DNA of 64,000 nt from an uncultured Nitrososphaerales archaeon (GTDB taxonomy: Archaea > Thermoproteota > Nitrososphaeria > Nitrososphaerales > Nitrososphaeraceae): NCBI GenBank assembly GCA_963695855.1, contig CAVOHZ010000010.1, positions 1,024,001 through 1,088,000 of the forward strand. Reading direction: 5' to 3'. The notes under the pieces were generated by a model, which did no database searches, was not told where the DNA came from, and worked only from the letters and a program-made list of their open reading frames with translations. The stretch's first letter is position 1, and each line of letters starts with the position of its first letter. This document shows, piece by piece, positions 29,387 to 41,746 of the stretch. The translations under genes and the position numbers were made by a program.

Positions 29387-30718
29387 TTATGATTTAGAAA
29401 TTTTAAATACTTTGCCGTTTTTTGTATTGGAGGCGATCACAAATAAATCTCCATCTGTTGGATCTATCTTTATGTCTGTAATAATACCAAATCCTGTACC
29501 CAATATCGCATCATTAATTTCTGAGGGAGTATTAACTATTCTATCAGCCAATGGTCCAGTCAATTGTAATCCGGTTCTAGTAGAATTAAGATCAAAATGA
29601 AGCAATGTGCCGTTTTTTACACCGCCTACTAACACGTCATCTTTATATTCATCGCCTAATGTGTCTGTATGAATAAAAGCAATTGTGGTGGGAGCCATGG
29701 TTTGATTCCATGTTAGAGCTGGATCATAATATTTGCCTTTATTATTAAATGTAATTAGCTTGTTTCTATCAAAATCTTGACCAGTCATACTCTTATATAA
29801 ATTAGGAGTTCCTAATACTTGTCTCCATCCGCTATTAAAGCCAGGTTTAATAATATTGATTTCATCACCATAATGAGAACCATTTTCTGTGTCCCATAAA
29901 TATCCTGTAATACTATCAAATCCAATTCCAAAACTGTTTCGAATACCATATCCATAATATTTGTCTAGTAGACCTAAATTACCCAAACTGAAGCCGTCGT
30001 TGACAGTATCCCCATCGGGTGTAATTCTTAATACACCTCCTCTACCATCTGGAAGAGATGTTCCTTCAAGATTTTGGGCAATAGTATCTCCGCTGGGATC
30101 TTTGATTCTATTAAGATCACCCATAACAAGATACAAATTTCCATCTGGTCCAATTCGCAATACCCCGCCATTATGAGATGGTCCTGGAGTGAATGGTAAA
30201 TCCAAAAGCAGCACCGGATTCACTAGCTTTCCATCAATAAAGTCATATCTATAAAGTTTATTTCCTAAAATATTACCATCGTCCTGACCTTCTGTTTCAG
30301 TAGCAAAAAGAAAAACATAAGAACGAATTAAAGAACCATCATCTTCTGAAAATTTTCCCGATTTAGATAAATTCAAATAAGCAATTCCTAAAAGACCTCT
30401 TTCACTCTCCGATGCAACATTCAGATCCAATAGTTGAGTTACTTGTCCATTAGTTATTCTTTTTACTATACCTGTATTCTTTTCTATTAATAAAAAGTCA
30501 TCGTTTCCAATAATTTCCATACCTATTGGAAAATTCAGATCATCTATAATCATTTCAGCTTTTAAATTGGGATCAGTTAAAATTGGATTAATATCTTTTT
30601 TTGATTTCTTCTTTGATTGAGCATCAATATCATCAAGAGTTATTGATAAAAGAAACATACCAGCAAATATGAAAATAGTAAAAGAAATTTTTTCAATATT
30701 ATTATTTAATAGAGTCAT
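29387..30718 (-). CDS. Secreted PQQ-dependent glucose/sorbosone (aldose sugar) dehydrogenase
   Basis: ERGLLGIA, HNGGVLRIGPDGNLY, YGIRNSFGIGFD, ENG..GDEIN and GFNSGW. Confidence 0.92.
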   Translation of the reverse strand: MTLLNNNIEKISFTIFIFAGMFLLSITLDDIDAQSKKKSKKDINPILTDPNLKAEMIIDDLNFPIGMEIIGNDDFLLIEKNTGIVKRITNGQVTQLLDLNVASESERGLLGIAYLNLSKSGKFSEDDGSLIRSYVFLFATETEGQDDGNILGNKLYRYDFIDGKLVNPVLLLDLPFTPGPSHNGGVLRIGPDGNLYLVMGDLNRIKDPSGDTIAQNLEGTSLPDGRGGVLRITPDGDTVNDGFSLGNLGLLDKYYGYGIRNSFGIGFDSITGYLWDTENGSHYGDEINIIKPGFNSGWRQVLGTPNLYKSMTGQDFDRNKLITFNNKGKYYDPALTWNQTMAPTTIAFIHTDTLGDEYKDDVLVGGVKNGTLLHFDLNSTRTGLQLTGPLADRIVNTPSEINDAILGTGFGIITDIKIDPTDGDLFVIASNTKNGKVFKISKS

Positions 30719-30879
30719 ATGGTCAAAATATTGTCAAGTATATTTGAATCTATTCGAAGATATAAATGAAGATTATGGAGAAGATCTGTTTGAATCCGCA
30801 GAATAAAATTCCCAAACAAGTTTATATTATGTTGTATTATAAAAATTAAAGAAATATTTTTTATTTATTGTGCGATATT

Positions 30880-32433
30880 TTAATAGTTTCCTCTAATATC
30901 TATCTCTTTTGATACAGGAGATGCTTTTAGATTCGTGTAGGGATAAATGTTTATGTTATATTTCTTTATGGAATTATCTGGTTTGACGGTTTCTATTAAA
31001 TGGGTCTCCGCAATTAATGCTTTATGGAATGTACCTTTTTTACTTGTTTCCTTCAAGATCTTTTTATATCCATTATCAGAAATTATTACATAATCAACAG
31101 TTTTCAGTGGTTTGGATGAGAAGAAGCTCCTCTCATCCATATCTATATGGAATATTTGCTCAGGAATCCAGACATATATTGGACTGCTTACTAAAGTTAC
31201 AGTACCGTTGCTTTTTAGCATATAGTCTATCACCACGGACTGTGCTTTTATGATTGAAGAATTAGCATCGATAGAGAGAAGAATAATGGTACTAGCCAAT
31301 CCAAATATAGTAATTGCAGATGTTACCGCATACGGTGTTATTTTTCTTATTTTTATATTTGGAATACGATCGGATAATTCGACTATTAGTTTTGCTCCTG
31401 CTATTGAAAATGCCGGCATCAAAGGAATAAAATGAAAGGAAGACACAAAATCAATCCAGTATAGAAATAGCAAGAAGGGGATACTAAATAACAAGATGAA
31501 AAAATCTTTCCTAATAGCCGCGTAGACAAGACCACCAACTCCCAATATGAATAAAACTGGATCCGATTCTGCAAAAGACGTGAAGGAATTGACCAGAGGC
31601 TTGCTTTCTCTTTGAGTTTGGTGTAATACATCATCAATCCAGATATTTAATTCACCTATGGAATATGCATGTGCTGGCCATAACAATGGAATAAGAAAAA
31701 CTGGAATAAACCAAAGTCCAAGGCTTTTTAGTTTTTTGTTAGGACTATTTGTATATACAAGATAACCTATAAGTGGAATCATTGTAAAAACAGGAATCTT
31801 GGTAAATATAGATAGACCTAAAAATGCACCTGAAAGAAGAATTAAAGAGATATTTCTGAAACCCAATGTATTTTTCGCCTGGTCAGAATTCTGTTTCAAA
31901 TAAAGTATTAGGAGAATCGAAGTCAACAGTAATGGTAATTGTATCGATTCTAGAAATATTCGTCTTAGTGCCCACCCGTAGGGTACAACTGCAAAAAAAA
32001 TCGAAGCAATAAATGCAATTTTAATACCATATCTTCTTTCTGTTATTTTAAAAACTAGAAATGTATCTATCACTGCAAAAAGGCTCATAATTAATCGTGG
32101 AACTAGATAAAGAGTTTGAATAGAATTTTCAGTAGGTAAAGGATTGAACGAATCTGGATATCCGATTAATCCCATAATACCAGCCATGAGTATTTGACCG
32201 AAATAAGGAGCAAAATAACGATCCTGTGGTTGAAGACTTTCACCTTGTAACGTAGACATGGTTTTTCTCATGTAATGTCCCTCGTCAATATGCAAATTTG
32301 GAAAGTCAAGTAAATTCCAAGTGTGGGTAAAGGCACTTAATATTAATGGAATAAGAAGTAATGCAATCTTGTTGCTCTTACCATATCCTTTCTTTTCAAT
32401 CAGTTGACTTAATTTCATCATCACCCAACACAA
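30880..32433 (-). CDS. GT-C fold polyprenyl-phosphate-sugar glycosyltransferase (ArnT/PMT-like)
   Basis: DEGHY after TM1, many TM helices, and GLSIFTKIP. Confidence 0.85.
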   Translation of the reverse strand: MCWVMMKLSQLIEKKGYGKSNKIALLLIPLILSAFTHTWNLLDFPNLHIDEGHYMRKTMSTLQGESLQPQDRYFAPYFGQILMAGIMGLIGYPDSFNPLPTENSIQTLYLVPRLIMSLFAVIDTFLVFKITERRYGIKIAFIASIFFAVVPYGWALRRIFLESIQLPLLLTSILLILYLKQNSDQAKNTLGFRNISLILLSGAFLGLSIFTKIPVFTMIPLIGYLVYTNSPNKKLKSLGLWFIPVFLIPLLWPAHAYSIGELNIWIDDVLHQTQRESKPLVNSFTSFAESDPVLFILGVGGLVYAAIRKDFFILLFSIPFLLFLYWIDFVSSFHFIPLMPAFSIAGAKLIVELSDRIPNIKIRKITPYAVTSAITIFGLASTIILLSIDANSSIIKAQSVVIDYMLKSNGTVTLVSSPIYVWIPEQIFHIDMDERSFFSSKPLKTVDYVIISDNGYKKILKETSKKGTFHKALIAETHLIETVKPDNSIKKYNINIYPYTNLKASPVSKEIDIRGNY

Positions 32434-32503
32434 ATAATTTTATGATTATATATGCTCAAAATGAGGTATATTCGTCACATAGTGAGAATAAATGTAATCA
32501 GAT

Positions 32504-33307
32504 TTATTTCTTTTCGTATTTTTTTCTTCCGTAATTATACAACTGCCAAACTGAACCAATATAATCAAAAATAACATTATAACCCATCTTACTTTTACCT
32601 GATTTTCTATCAGTAAATGTATATGGAATTTCGTAAATGTGCATATGTTTTGATTTAACGAGAATTTCTAATAGGATCTTGTAACCTTTCGTATCAATTT
32701 GTAAATTTTCCATTAAAGATCGTGGCACAGCAAAGAATCCGGACATTGGATCTGTAACGTTATTTACATGTAACCCAATTTTTGCGATTATCGCAGCACC
32801 TTTGCTGATTAGTCTTCTTTTAAATGGCCAGCCTACTATTGCTCCATTTTTTATATATCTTGATGCAATAACTATTGAATTAGAATCATCTAATAACTTT
32901 TCAACCATTTGAGGAATAATTTCTGGAGGATGTGAAAAGTCTGCATCCATAACAAGTATATAATCACCCTGAGAGAATTTTACACCTTCAATAATAGCAG
33001 GAATCAATCCATTCTTTTCTTTTCTATTAAGAACGTGTATTGAATAGTTAATATTCTCTTTAAATGAATTGTTTTTTTTCTTGTAATCATCATCACTGTC
33101 TATATAATTTTGAACAATATTTCCTGTACCGTCTGGAGAACTATCATCAACTACAATAATTTCGGTAAATATATTATGATAAAGATTTTCTTTGATCTTG
33201 TCTAATAATTTGATAATATTTCCTGACTCATTATAAGTAGGAATAATTATCGATAAAGTGAACATACTTTTAGTTTTATATGTATCTTGGTGATGATTAG
33301 TTTGCAC
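32504..33307 (-). CDS. Polyprenol-monophosphomannose synthase (Dpm1-like GT2)
   Basis: IIPTYNESGN, VDDSSPDGT, MDADFSHPP, DPMSGFF and FTDRKSGKSKM. Confidence 0.93.
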   Translation of the reverse strand: MQTNHHQDTYKTKSMFTLSIIIPTYNESGNIIKLLDKIKENLYHNIFTEIIVVDDSSPDGTGNIVQNYIDSDDDYKKKNNSFKENINYSIHVLNRKEKNGLIPAIIEGVKFSQGDYILVMDADFSHPPEIIPQMVEKLLDDSNSIVIASRYIKNGAIVGWPFKRRLISKGAAIIAKIGLHVNNVTDPMSGFFAVPRSLMENLQIDTKGYKILLEILVKSKHMHIYEIPYTFTDRKSGKSKMGYNVIFDYIGSVWQLYNYGRKKYEKK

Positions 33308-33636
33308 TTTAGTTCTATAGTTTCAATCGGTGTATTAAAATTATCGTGAGTAAATTTGATAACATTTTTTTATATATTTTTTAACTAAGAAAATTATATT
33401 CATTTTTTAAACGAATCATATAGAAAAATTGCTAATTATTTTTATTTATTTTTATAGAAAATATAAATATATTTACAAAAGTTAGGATGAACCGTCTTTT
33501 TATTTTAAAATATTGTAAAATTAGTCTAAAATACGACATACCACAATACATGATGACATTAAAGAATATTGAAGATTGTTATATAACATATAGTAATACT
33601 ATTTAAATTCAATCTAAAATTATTAATTTTGCCTAT

Positions 33637-34758
33637 TTGTATTACTATAATATTCATGACATAATCAAGCTTAAATCTGAGATAAATTTACAGGAATTGG
33701 ACTATTTTGCATCAAAAGAATTCAGTGAACCGGATATCACATTGTCTGTCAATTCCTTTTCTAGAGATCCCGATATGTCAAAAATGCGTACAAAAAGAAA
33801 ATTAATTGCCAAAGAGTTTGAATCTGGAAGTAAGTCTTATGAGATAAAATATACCGAGCATTTTGGAAGGTCTGGTGCACAATTCCAGATAAATGTTGAT
33901 TGGAATAAACTGGAGATTTTAATTAACGCGTTAATTTCAAAGTCAAAGCATGTTACCTATGTTAATTTGATTGAACCTCTGTTGAGATTTCTCTTTCTTT
34001 CCAAAGGTTATATTCTTTTACACTCTGCTTGTATGTCAACGCCTGATGGCATTGGTTTTTTTCTTTCTGCCCCACCAGATACAGGAAAGACAACTACTGT
34101 CATCAAATGTGTAAAAAAAGGATTTTGCTTTTTATCGGATGATATGACTATAATAAGTCTACCTAACCAGGCACTATGTTTTCCAAAATCGATGACTATT
34201 AGTGCACACACTTACAAAACGGCTATAGATGCACAGTCTGTAGAACAGAAGCAAGATGAAGTGAATGAAAGTAATGATAAAAAAGGAATGAGGATTAGAA
34301 GTCTAGTTCATTCAAAAACAGGAAGGAGTTGGATGCACAAGCTAGCTGACCATAATGTCCCAATTTTTACAATAAATACAATAGGACAGACAAAAATAAA
34401 ACCTCCAAAATATCATATAAGGGATATCATAAAAGAAGCTAAGATTCAAGACAAGACAATGATACACTTCCTTTTTTTCTTGGAAAAAGGGAAAGAAGGA
34501 CAGAACGTCGAGAAAGTGGACAAGTTATCAACTGATGATGCTTTAAAAAGAGCAATAGAGAATACTGATGATGCTTTTCTGTTTCCTCCATATAGCGATT
34601 TAATAAAATACGTTAGGATCGCAGGTAAAACAGCCTACGACTTATTAGAGGATGAAAAGAAGATGATGAGAGAATTATTGTCAGGTATTGAGTGTCACGT
34701 ACTCAAGAGCAGCCGAAGAAGGTGGACAGAAATGATCCTTCAAAAATTTAATCAATAA
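33637..34758 (+). CDS. HprK-related P-loop kinase-like protein
   Basis: LLHSAC, the Walker A variant SAPPDTGKTT and LSDD form the HprK/PEPCK-fold signature. Confidence 0.7.
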   Translation: MYYYNIHDIIKLKSEINLQELDYFASKEFSEPDITLSVNSFSRDPDMSKMRTKRKLIAKEFESGSKSYEIKYTEHFGRSGAQFQINVDWNKLEILINALISKSKHVTYVNLIEPLLRFLFLSKGYILLHSACMSTPDGIGFFLSAPPDTGKTTTVIKCVKKGFCFLSDDMTIISLPNQALCFPKSMTISAHTYKTAIDAQSVEQKQDEVNESNDKKGMRIRSLVHSKTGRSWMHKLADHNVPIFTINTIGQTKIKPPKYHIRDIIKEAKIQDKTMIHFLFFLEKGKEGQNVEKVDKLSTDDALKRAIENTDDAFLFPPYSDLIKYVRIAGKTAYDLLEDEKKMMRELLSGIECHVLKSSRRRWTEMILQKFNQ

Positions 34759-34914
34759 AATATTTTGTTTGATTTTTATGTAATAGGAAAATCTACATAG
34801 AGAAAATTTAAAAGATTTTCAAAATAGCTAAGGAAAGGTAACAAGAAAAGAAACGAATCTATTGTTTATAACAATAGATTATACAAAATATTTCAAAATA
34901 AAAGATGGCGGATT

Positions 34915-36630
<1,716 letters not shown>

Positions 36631-36710
36631 TTTCTATTCACCTAATATAATACTCAAATTGAATTTTATCCTATTTTTATAGTTTTACCTTGATCATTTT
36701 TAGATAATAG

Positions 36711-37121
36711 CTAATTTAACAAGTTTTTTTTCTTATCTTCAAATTTTGACTTGAATCTTGGAATATTAATAATAAATCGTTCATGTTTTCCTTCTCCAAT
36801 TTTTTCAAGTTCATCATACGCATCCACATTAAACATCACCTTTCTACCGTCCACAGAGTCCACTATTGCATTTAATTTGATTTTAGATCCTACGGGGGTT
36901 GCAGCAAGGTGTTTTATATTCACGATTGTACCAACAGAATCCCATTCTTTATCTTTCAAATAATATTCCTTTAGAAGAAGTCTGCAAGTTTCTTCCATTT
37001 CAGATATCATTGAAGGAGTGGAGAGAACATTTTCTCCTTCCCATAGAAAACTTGTAGTCTGATTGGAATTGGTTTTAATGGTTCTTTCTTTTTTCGAGCC
37101 TATTTTTATATCAAAATCCAA
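36711..37121 (-). CDS. FlK-like hotdog-fold thioesterase
   Basis: VLSTPSMISEMEE, VGT..NIKHLAATPVG and IGEGKHER. Confidence 0.88.
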   Translation of the reverse strand: MDFDIKIGSKKERTIKTNSNQTTSFLWEGENVLSTPSMISEMEETCRLLLKEYYLKDKEWDSVGTIVNIKHLAATPVGSKIKLNAIVDSVDGRKVMFNVDAYDELEKIGEGKHERFIINIPRFKSKFEDKKKNLLN

Positions 37122-37205
37122 ATCTATCTAATGTATAAGTCGGACATAGAATTTATTAAATTGATTGATTATTTTATTATATCAGTCTTCATAAGAATTT
37201 AAAAA

Positions 37206-38675
37206 TTAAAAAGATGTTTTATTGTTGTCAAACCCATATTCTTTCCATCTACTTTTTACAAGCATCTCAGTTTGTTCATCAACAGTGGCTAACCTCTGGA
37301 TTTCACGCAAATACCCTTCTTCCTTTGTTTTTGTTGTCGCATCGATACCCAATTTCGACCCCAGATTTAAAAGAGGTGAGGCAGGGTCGAGCGTGTCTGA
37401 AGGAGCATTGTCGATAATTATAATATCCCTTCTAGGATCTGATTTTGTAGTTATAGCCCATATGACTTCGTTAATATCATATACATTGATATCATGATCG
37501 ACTACTACAAATATTTTTGTTAATGATAGCTGGCCCATGCCCCATAATCCCATCATTACCTTCTTAGCTTGTCCAGGATATCTTTTTTTTATCGAGATAA
37601 TTGCCAATCCCTGAAACCAACCAGATGGCGGCATAGAAAAATCTACAACCTCTGGTTGAAACATTTGTATCAATGGCAGGAATGACTGTTCAATGACTTT
37701 GCCCAAATATGCATCCTCTAAAATTGGTTTTCCCACAACAGTTGTAAGATAAACAGGATTTTTCTTCCTCATTATACCGGTTAGATTAAACGTAGGATAG
37801 GATTCAGGAGGAGTGTAAAAGCCAGTATGATCTCCAAAAGGCCCCTCTTTTCTCATTTCATTTGGATCTACATATCCTTCCAAAACTATCTCTGAATTAG
37901 CTGGAACTTCAAGATCAACCGTTTTGCATTTTACCAATTTAACACCTTTTTTGCGTACTATACCAGAAAAGAAAAATTTATCCATTCCTTCAGGGACTGG
38001 AGCTACTCCACTGAAAATTGTGGAGGGATCTGTTCCAATAACAATTGCGGTTTCAATACGCTGGTTTTGTTCTCTCATTATTTCATAATGTTGAGCACCA
38101 CGCTTGTGTTTCTGCCAATGCATTATTGCTTTTTTTTCATTAACTATTTGGATCCTATAAACACCTATATTTCTGATTCCTGTTTCCGGATGTTTAGTAA
38201 TTGTCAATCCGAATGTAATAAACCTCCCAGCATCTTCCGGAAAAGATTTCAATACTGGTAGAGAGTTTAGATTGCCTTTATCAGTCTCAATTAGCTCGGT
38301 AACTGGACCAGAATCTACGTATTTGGGAGCATATTCTCCTATTTCCGAAAGTTTTGGAAGCACTTTAAGTTTGTCAAATATACTCGATGGAATTTTCATC
38401 TTTGTTAGTTCAGTAATTCTCTTTCCAATTTCTCTAAAGTCAGATAGATTTAGAGCTGTCTTTACCAAATCTAGTGTACCAAAAATATTGCCTAGAACCG
38501 GGATATCATAACCTTTAACATTTTCAAATAAAACAGCAGGAGATTTTCCCGAATAAATCAATCTTCTCATAATTTCTGCAATTTCAAGGTTTGTATCGAC
38601 TTGAGTTTTTACCCTATGAAGTCTTCCACTAGTTTCAAGAGCTTGTAAATATTCGGTTAAACTATCAAAAACCAT
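37206..38675 (-). CDS. UbiD-family (prFMN-dependent) decarboxylase, menaquinone-pathway type
   Basis: EGPFGDHTGFY, GKPILEDAYLG, KKRYPGQAKKVM and DTLD..S…GSKLGIDAT. Confidence 0.93.
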   Translation of the reverse strand: MVFDSLTEYLQALETSGRLHRVKTQVDTNLEIAEIMRRLIYSGKSPAVLFENVKGYDIPVLGNIFGTLDLVKTALNLSDFREIGKRITELTKMKIPSSIFDKLKVLPKLSEIGEYAPKYVDSGPVTELIETDKGNLNSLPVLKSFPEDAGRFITFGLTITKHPETGIRNIGVYRIQIVNEKKAIMHWQKHKRGAQHYEIMREQNQRIETAIVIGTDPSTIFSGVAPVPEGMDKFFFSGIVRKKGVKLVKCKTVDLEVPANSEIVLEGYVDPNEMRKEGPFGDHTGFYTPPESYPTFNLTGIMRKKNPVYLTTVVGKPILEDAYLGKVIEQSFLPLIQMFQPEVVDFSMPPSGWFQGLAIISIKKRYPGQAKKVMMGLWGMGQLSLTKIFVVVDHDINVYDINEVIWAITTKSDPRRDIIIIDNAPSDTLDPASPLLNLGSKLGIDATTKTKEEGYLREIQRLATVDEQTEMLVKSRWKEYGFDNNKTSF

Positions 38676-38803
38676 TAATCTTAATATTATCGTGACTTTA
38701 CGTTATAAAAAGTCAATTACACCTATATCTCCAAAAACAGAGCACTATGATTTCTACTTGTATATCGAATACTTGATAATTGAATTATTTATTTCAAATT
38801 TAT

Positions 38804-38932
38804 TTATAGAACTCGATGATGCTTTATTATTCCCCAAACAATTACAGCTCCTATGAATCCAAAAAGTCCAATAAGTACAGGAAAATCGAATGTGTTTAAA
38901 ATATGTATGATATCATTTATTGTAAATGACAC
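38804..38932 (-). CDS. 42-aa single-TM microprotein (not in the ORF track)
   Basis: The GTG start gives MSFTINDIIHILNTFDFPVLIGLFGFIGAVIVWGIIKHHRVL, with a TATA-like run about 25 bp upstream. Confidence 0.5.
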   Translation of the reverse strand: MSFTINDIIHILNTFDFPVLIGLFGFIGAVIVWGIIKHHRVL

Positions 38933-39155
38933 AAAAGTAGATCAGGTTATATATTTATATTCGATCATAATCAAAATTATAAATAATTTGCCAAAAATTT
39001 ATTTACAACTTCAGAATAAAATGCATATTAATTTGATTTTATTCTATATTAAAAACTAGACTATCCAACTAAATTTCTTGTAGTATGTAAAAATGGAAAA
39101 TATCGATTTTCAAGCATAAAAATTTTTATTTGAAAGAATTTGAAAATGAATTTTG

Positions 39156-39731
39156 CTAGTTAGTACAGTAAAAGCAATCTCTTAACTGTTTTAAAATTCG
39201 GGCAGTAGCACCCCAAATTATTTGGTTATCATATTTGAAAAGAAAAGAATTTGAAAAATTCTTGTATGAAAAATTATTTGAGAGACTTTCAAAGAGATCG
39301 AAAATTTCTATATCAAGGATACTTGATACTTCATCAGATAAGATTTTTGGTTTACGTATTCGTTCTTGGAATGTTATGTAAGGTATTATTGTAAAATTTG
39401 AAGTTAAGGTTCTAACTGCTTTAAGAGAACCTTTGATTTGGTCAGGGGTAAAATATAGACCAATTTCTTCTTTTGTTTCCCTCAAAGCAGTATGTAATAA
39501 TGAAGAATCGGTGATCTTAAATGTACCCCCAGGAAAAGATATTTCGCCTCTATGGTATTTCAGATTAGAACTTCTTTTAGTCAAAATAATTTTGGGCGTA
39601 GAATCAGTGAAATGGATTATTATCAATATTGATGACAGTTTAAAGTCGGTGGCAGTTAGAGAATAATAATCTATATCAACTAGATTTGGTTCAATTCTCT
39701 TTATTATTTCTTCTTTGCTTAGATACAACAA
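39156..39731 (-). CDS. Nudix hydrolase, CoA pyrophosphatase type
   Basis: LTKRS..LKYHRGEISFPGG, ALRETKEEIGL and IWGATARIL. Confidence 0.92.
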   Translation of the reverse strand: MLYLSKEEIIKRIEPNLVDIDYYSLTATDFKLSSILIIIHFTDSTPKIILTKRSSNLKYHRGEISFPGGTFKITDSSLLHTALRETKEEIGLYFTPDQIKGSLKAVRTLTSNFTIIPYITFQERIRKPKILSDEVSSILDIEIFDLFESLSNNFSYKNFSNSFLFKYDNQIIWGATARILKQLRDCFYCTN

Positions 39732-39877
39732 GAAAAGATTATTTGATATTATTTAAGATTTTATTTATTTGTGCTTTTTTAAATTAAGAAGTGCGTATCT
39801 CGCATGCAAGAGTTGTCAATTTAGCAAGAAAAACAATTGTATTTTATAGTCCTGAAGTTGAAAAAATAGTGTATTAG

Positions 39878-40645
39878 TTGATTATTAATTATGAATTAAA
39901 TCCACCAAAGATTTTGCCAGGTGGGTGTTTTGATCGTCACAGATTGTTTAAAGACATTGAAAATATCAAAGGAAAGATATCGTTATTAGAAAAATATGTA
40001 GATGGTATTCATTTTACTGATTCTGTTCTAGGAATTCCTAGACTTTCAAGTATATCGATGGCAGATATCATAAAAAGGTCAACAAAGAATCCACTGAAAA
40101 TTTCCTGTAGTGTAAGAACAAGAGATAGAAATTTTACAGCCATGTATCAAATTGTTATTGATGCAATATTATCAGAAATTGATAGTTTGTTGATATTACT
40201 AGGAGACGAACCAATTAAAGGACCTAAGAACAATAATCCAGTAAAACCAAGTGTATTTGTTTCTGAACTGAATAAACAAGGGTTTAATAAAATTGTGAAA
40301 TTAAATTTATCAATTCCCAACAAAATTAGCAATTCTACAAATATCCAAAAAAAGATTGAAGCAAAACCTTATGCATTTGTTACTCAATCCATTGAATCTT
40401 TAAATGATCTAGAGATAATAGTTGATACTGTAAAACCATTTAAGATAAGGGTAGTTGCTTGTATTATGTTACCCTCTGAAAAAAACAGAAAGTCTGCTGA
40501 TGCAATAGGACTTGATTGGAAGGAATACGAAAAAGCACCTATTGACTTTATTACTAATGCAGGAAAACTTGCTGATGAGATCTTGTTAACTTCTCCTAAT
40601 CATTTTGCATTGGCCGGAGATGTACTTTCTGAGATCAGATGCTAA
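39878..40645 (+). CDS. Methylenetetrahydrofolate-reductase-like (FAD-linked TIM barrel) protein
   Basis: YELNPPK, FTDSVLG.PR, RTRDRN, LLGDEP and FVTQ. Confidence 0.75.
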   Translation: MIINYELNPPKILPGGCFDRHRLFKDIENIKGKISLLEKYVDGIHFTDSVLGIPRLSSISMADIIKRSTKNPLKISCSVRTRDRNFTAMYQIVIDAILSEIDSLLILLGDEPIKGPKNNNPVKPSVFVSELNKQGFNKIVKLNLSIPNKISNSTNIQKKIEAKPYAFVTQSIESLNDLEIIVDTVKPFKIRVVACIMLPSEKNRKSADAIGLDWKEYEKAPIDFITNAGKLADEILLTSPNHFALAGDVLSEIRC

Positions 40646-41427
40646 GAGTGTTGTTTTTTAGAATGTATCATCTCGGATTTTAGTTCGTAGAGTACTTTTC
40701 TTTGATACTCCTTCAACCCATCATCCTCAGTTAAACGTGGTCTTCTATAGTCAATTTTTATATCTTTTTTTATCTTTCCAGGTCTACTAGTAAATACAAC
40801 TACTCGATCTCCAAGGCATATCGATTCGGTGATATTATGAGTAACAAAAATAATTGTTTTGTTGGTTTTTGCCCATATTAATTGTAATTCAACCAATAAC
40901 AAATCTCTTGTCTGAGAATCTAATGCAGCGAATGGTTCGTCCATCAATAAAACCTCCGGGTCTAAAACCAAGGACCTCGCTATGGCCACTCTCTGTTTCA
41001 TCCCACCTGAAAGTTGATATACATAAGCATCAGCATATTTGGAGAGTTGCATCATGTCCAAATATTGCATGGCTATCTCTCGTCTTTTCACTTTTTCTAC
41101 CTTTGCCATTTTCAAACCGAATTCAACATTATCTATTACTTTTAACCAAGGAAACAATGCATTTTCTTGAAATACTATAATTCTGTCTGGTCCCGTTTCA
41201 GTTATTTGTCTACCATTTAGGATTACTTGTCCCTGGGTTGGTTTATCTAAGCCTGCCAAGATGTTGAGAAGAGTTGATTTTCCACATCCAGAAGGCCCCA
41301 CAAAACATACGAATTCACCATCTTTTACTGAAAGATTAATGTTTTCAACTGCATTTATTTTTGTTGATAGCTTGCCTTCGTTTCTTTTAAAAGTTTTGGT
41401 AACATTTTTTATTTCTAATTTGACCAA
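40642..41427 (-). CDS. ABC transporter ATP-binding protein (nitrate/sulfonate/taurine type)
   Basis: GPSGCGKST, FQENALFPW, LSGGMKQR and LLMDEPFAALD. Confidence 0.95.
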   Translation of the reverse strand: MVKLEIKNVTKTFKRNEGKLSTKINAVENINLSVKDGEFVCFVGPSGCGKSTLLNILAGLDKPTQGQVILNGRQITETGPDRIIVFQENALFPWLKVIDNVEFGLKMAKVEKVKRREIAMQYLDMMQLSKYADAYVYQLSGGMKQRVAIARSLVLDPEVLLMDEPFAALDSQTRDLLLVELQLIWAKTNKTIIFVTHNITESICLGDRVVVFTSRPGKIKKDIKIDYRRPRLTEDDGLKEYQRKVLYELKSEMIHSKKQHS

Positions 41428-41746
41428 GAGAATACAGCCCCAAATCGCTAAAAACTATTCCAAAAAGTTATTAATATTGGAGTAGCGTAAAAAAGAGTCA
41501 AAATGAACGAAATATTCATGGTTCTACAATAAAAAACATTTCTAGAATTGGTTTTTGCAAATGATCCACAGTATACTAGCACCGCATTGATATAAAGAAT
41601 TTGATTATTGATAGCATCATAGTATGATAAAATTTTATGTGGGTTCACGGAAATTTTTGTATTATGAACCATCATCCACATTTATAAAAATTAGCAAATA
41701 TAAATAATAGCATTTTAACAAATCATTTATTATATAGTAAAAATGA

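Noticed and set aside
40642-41427. Orphan ABC ATPase as a sign of a novel transporter
   Set aside because: Partner subunits could simply be encoded elsewhere in the genome, and nothing in the protein is unusual.
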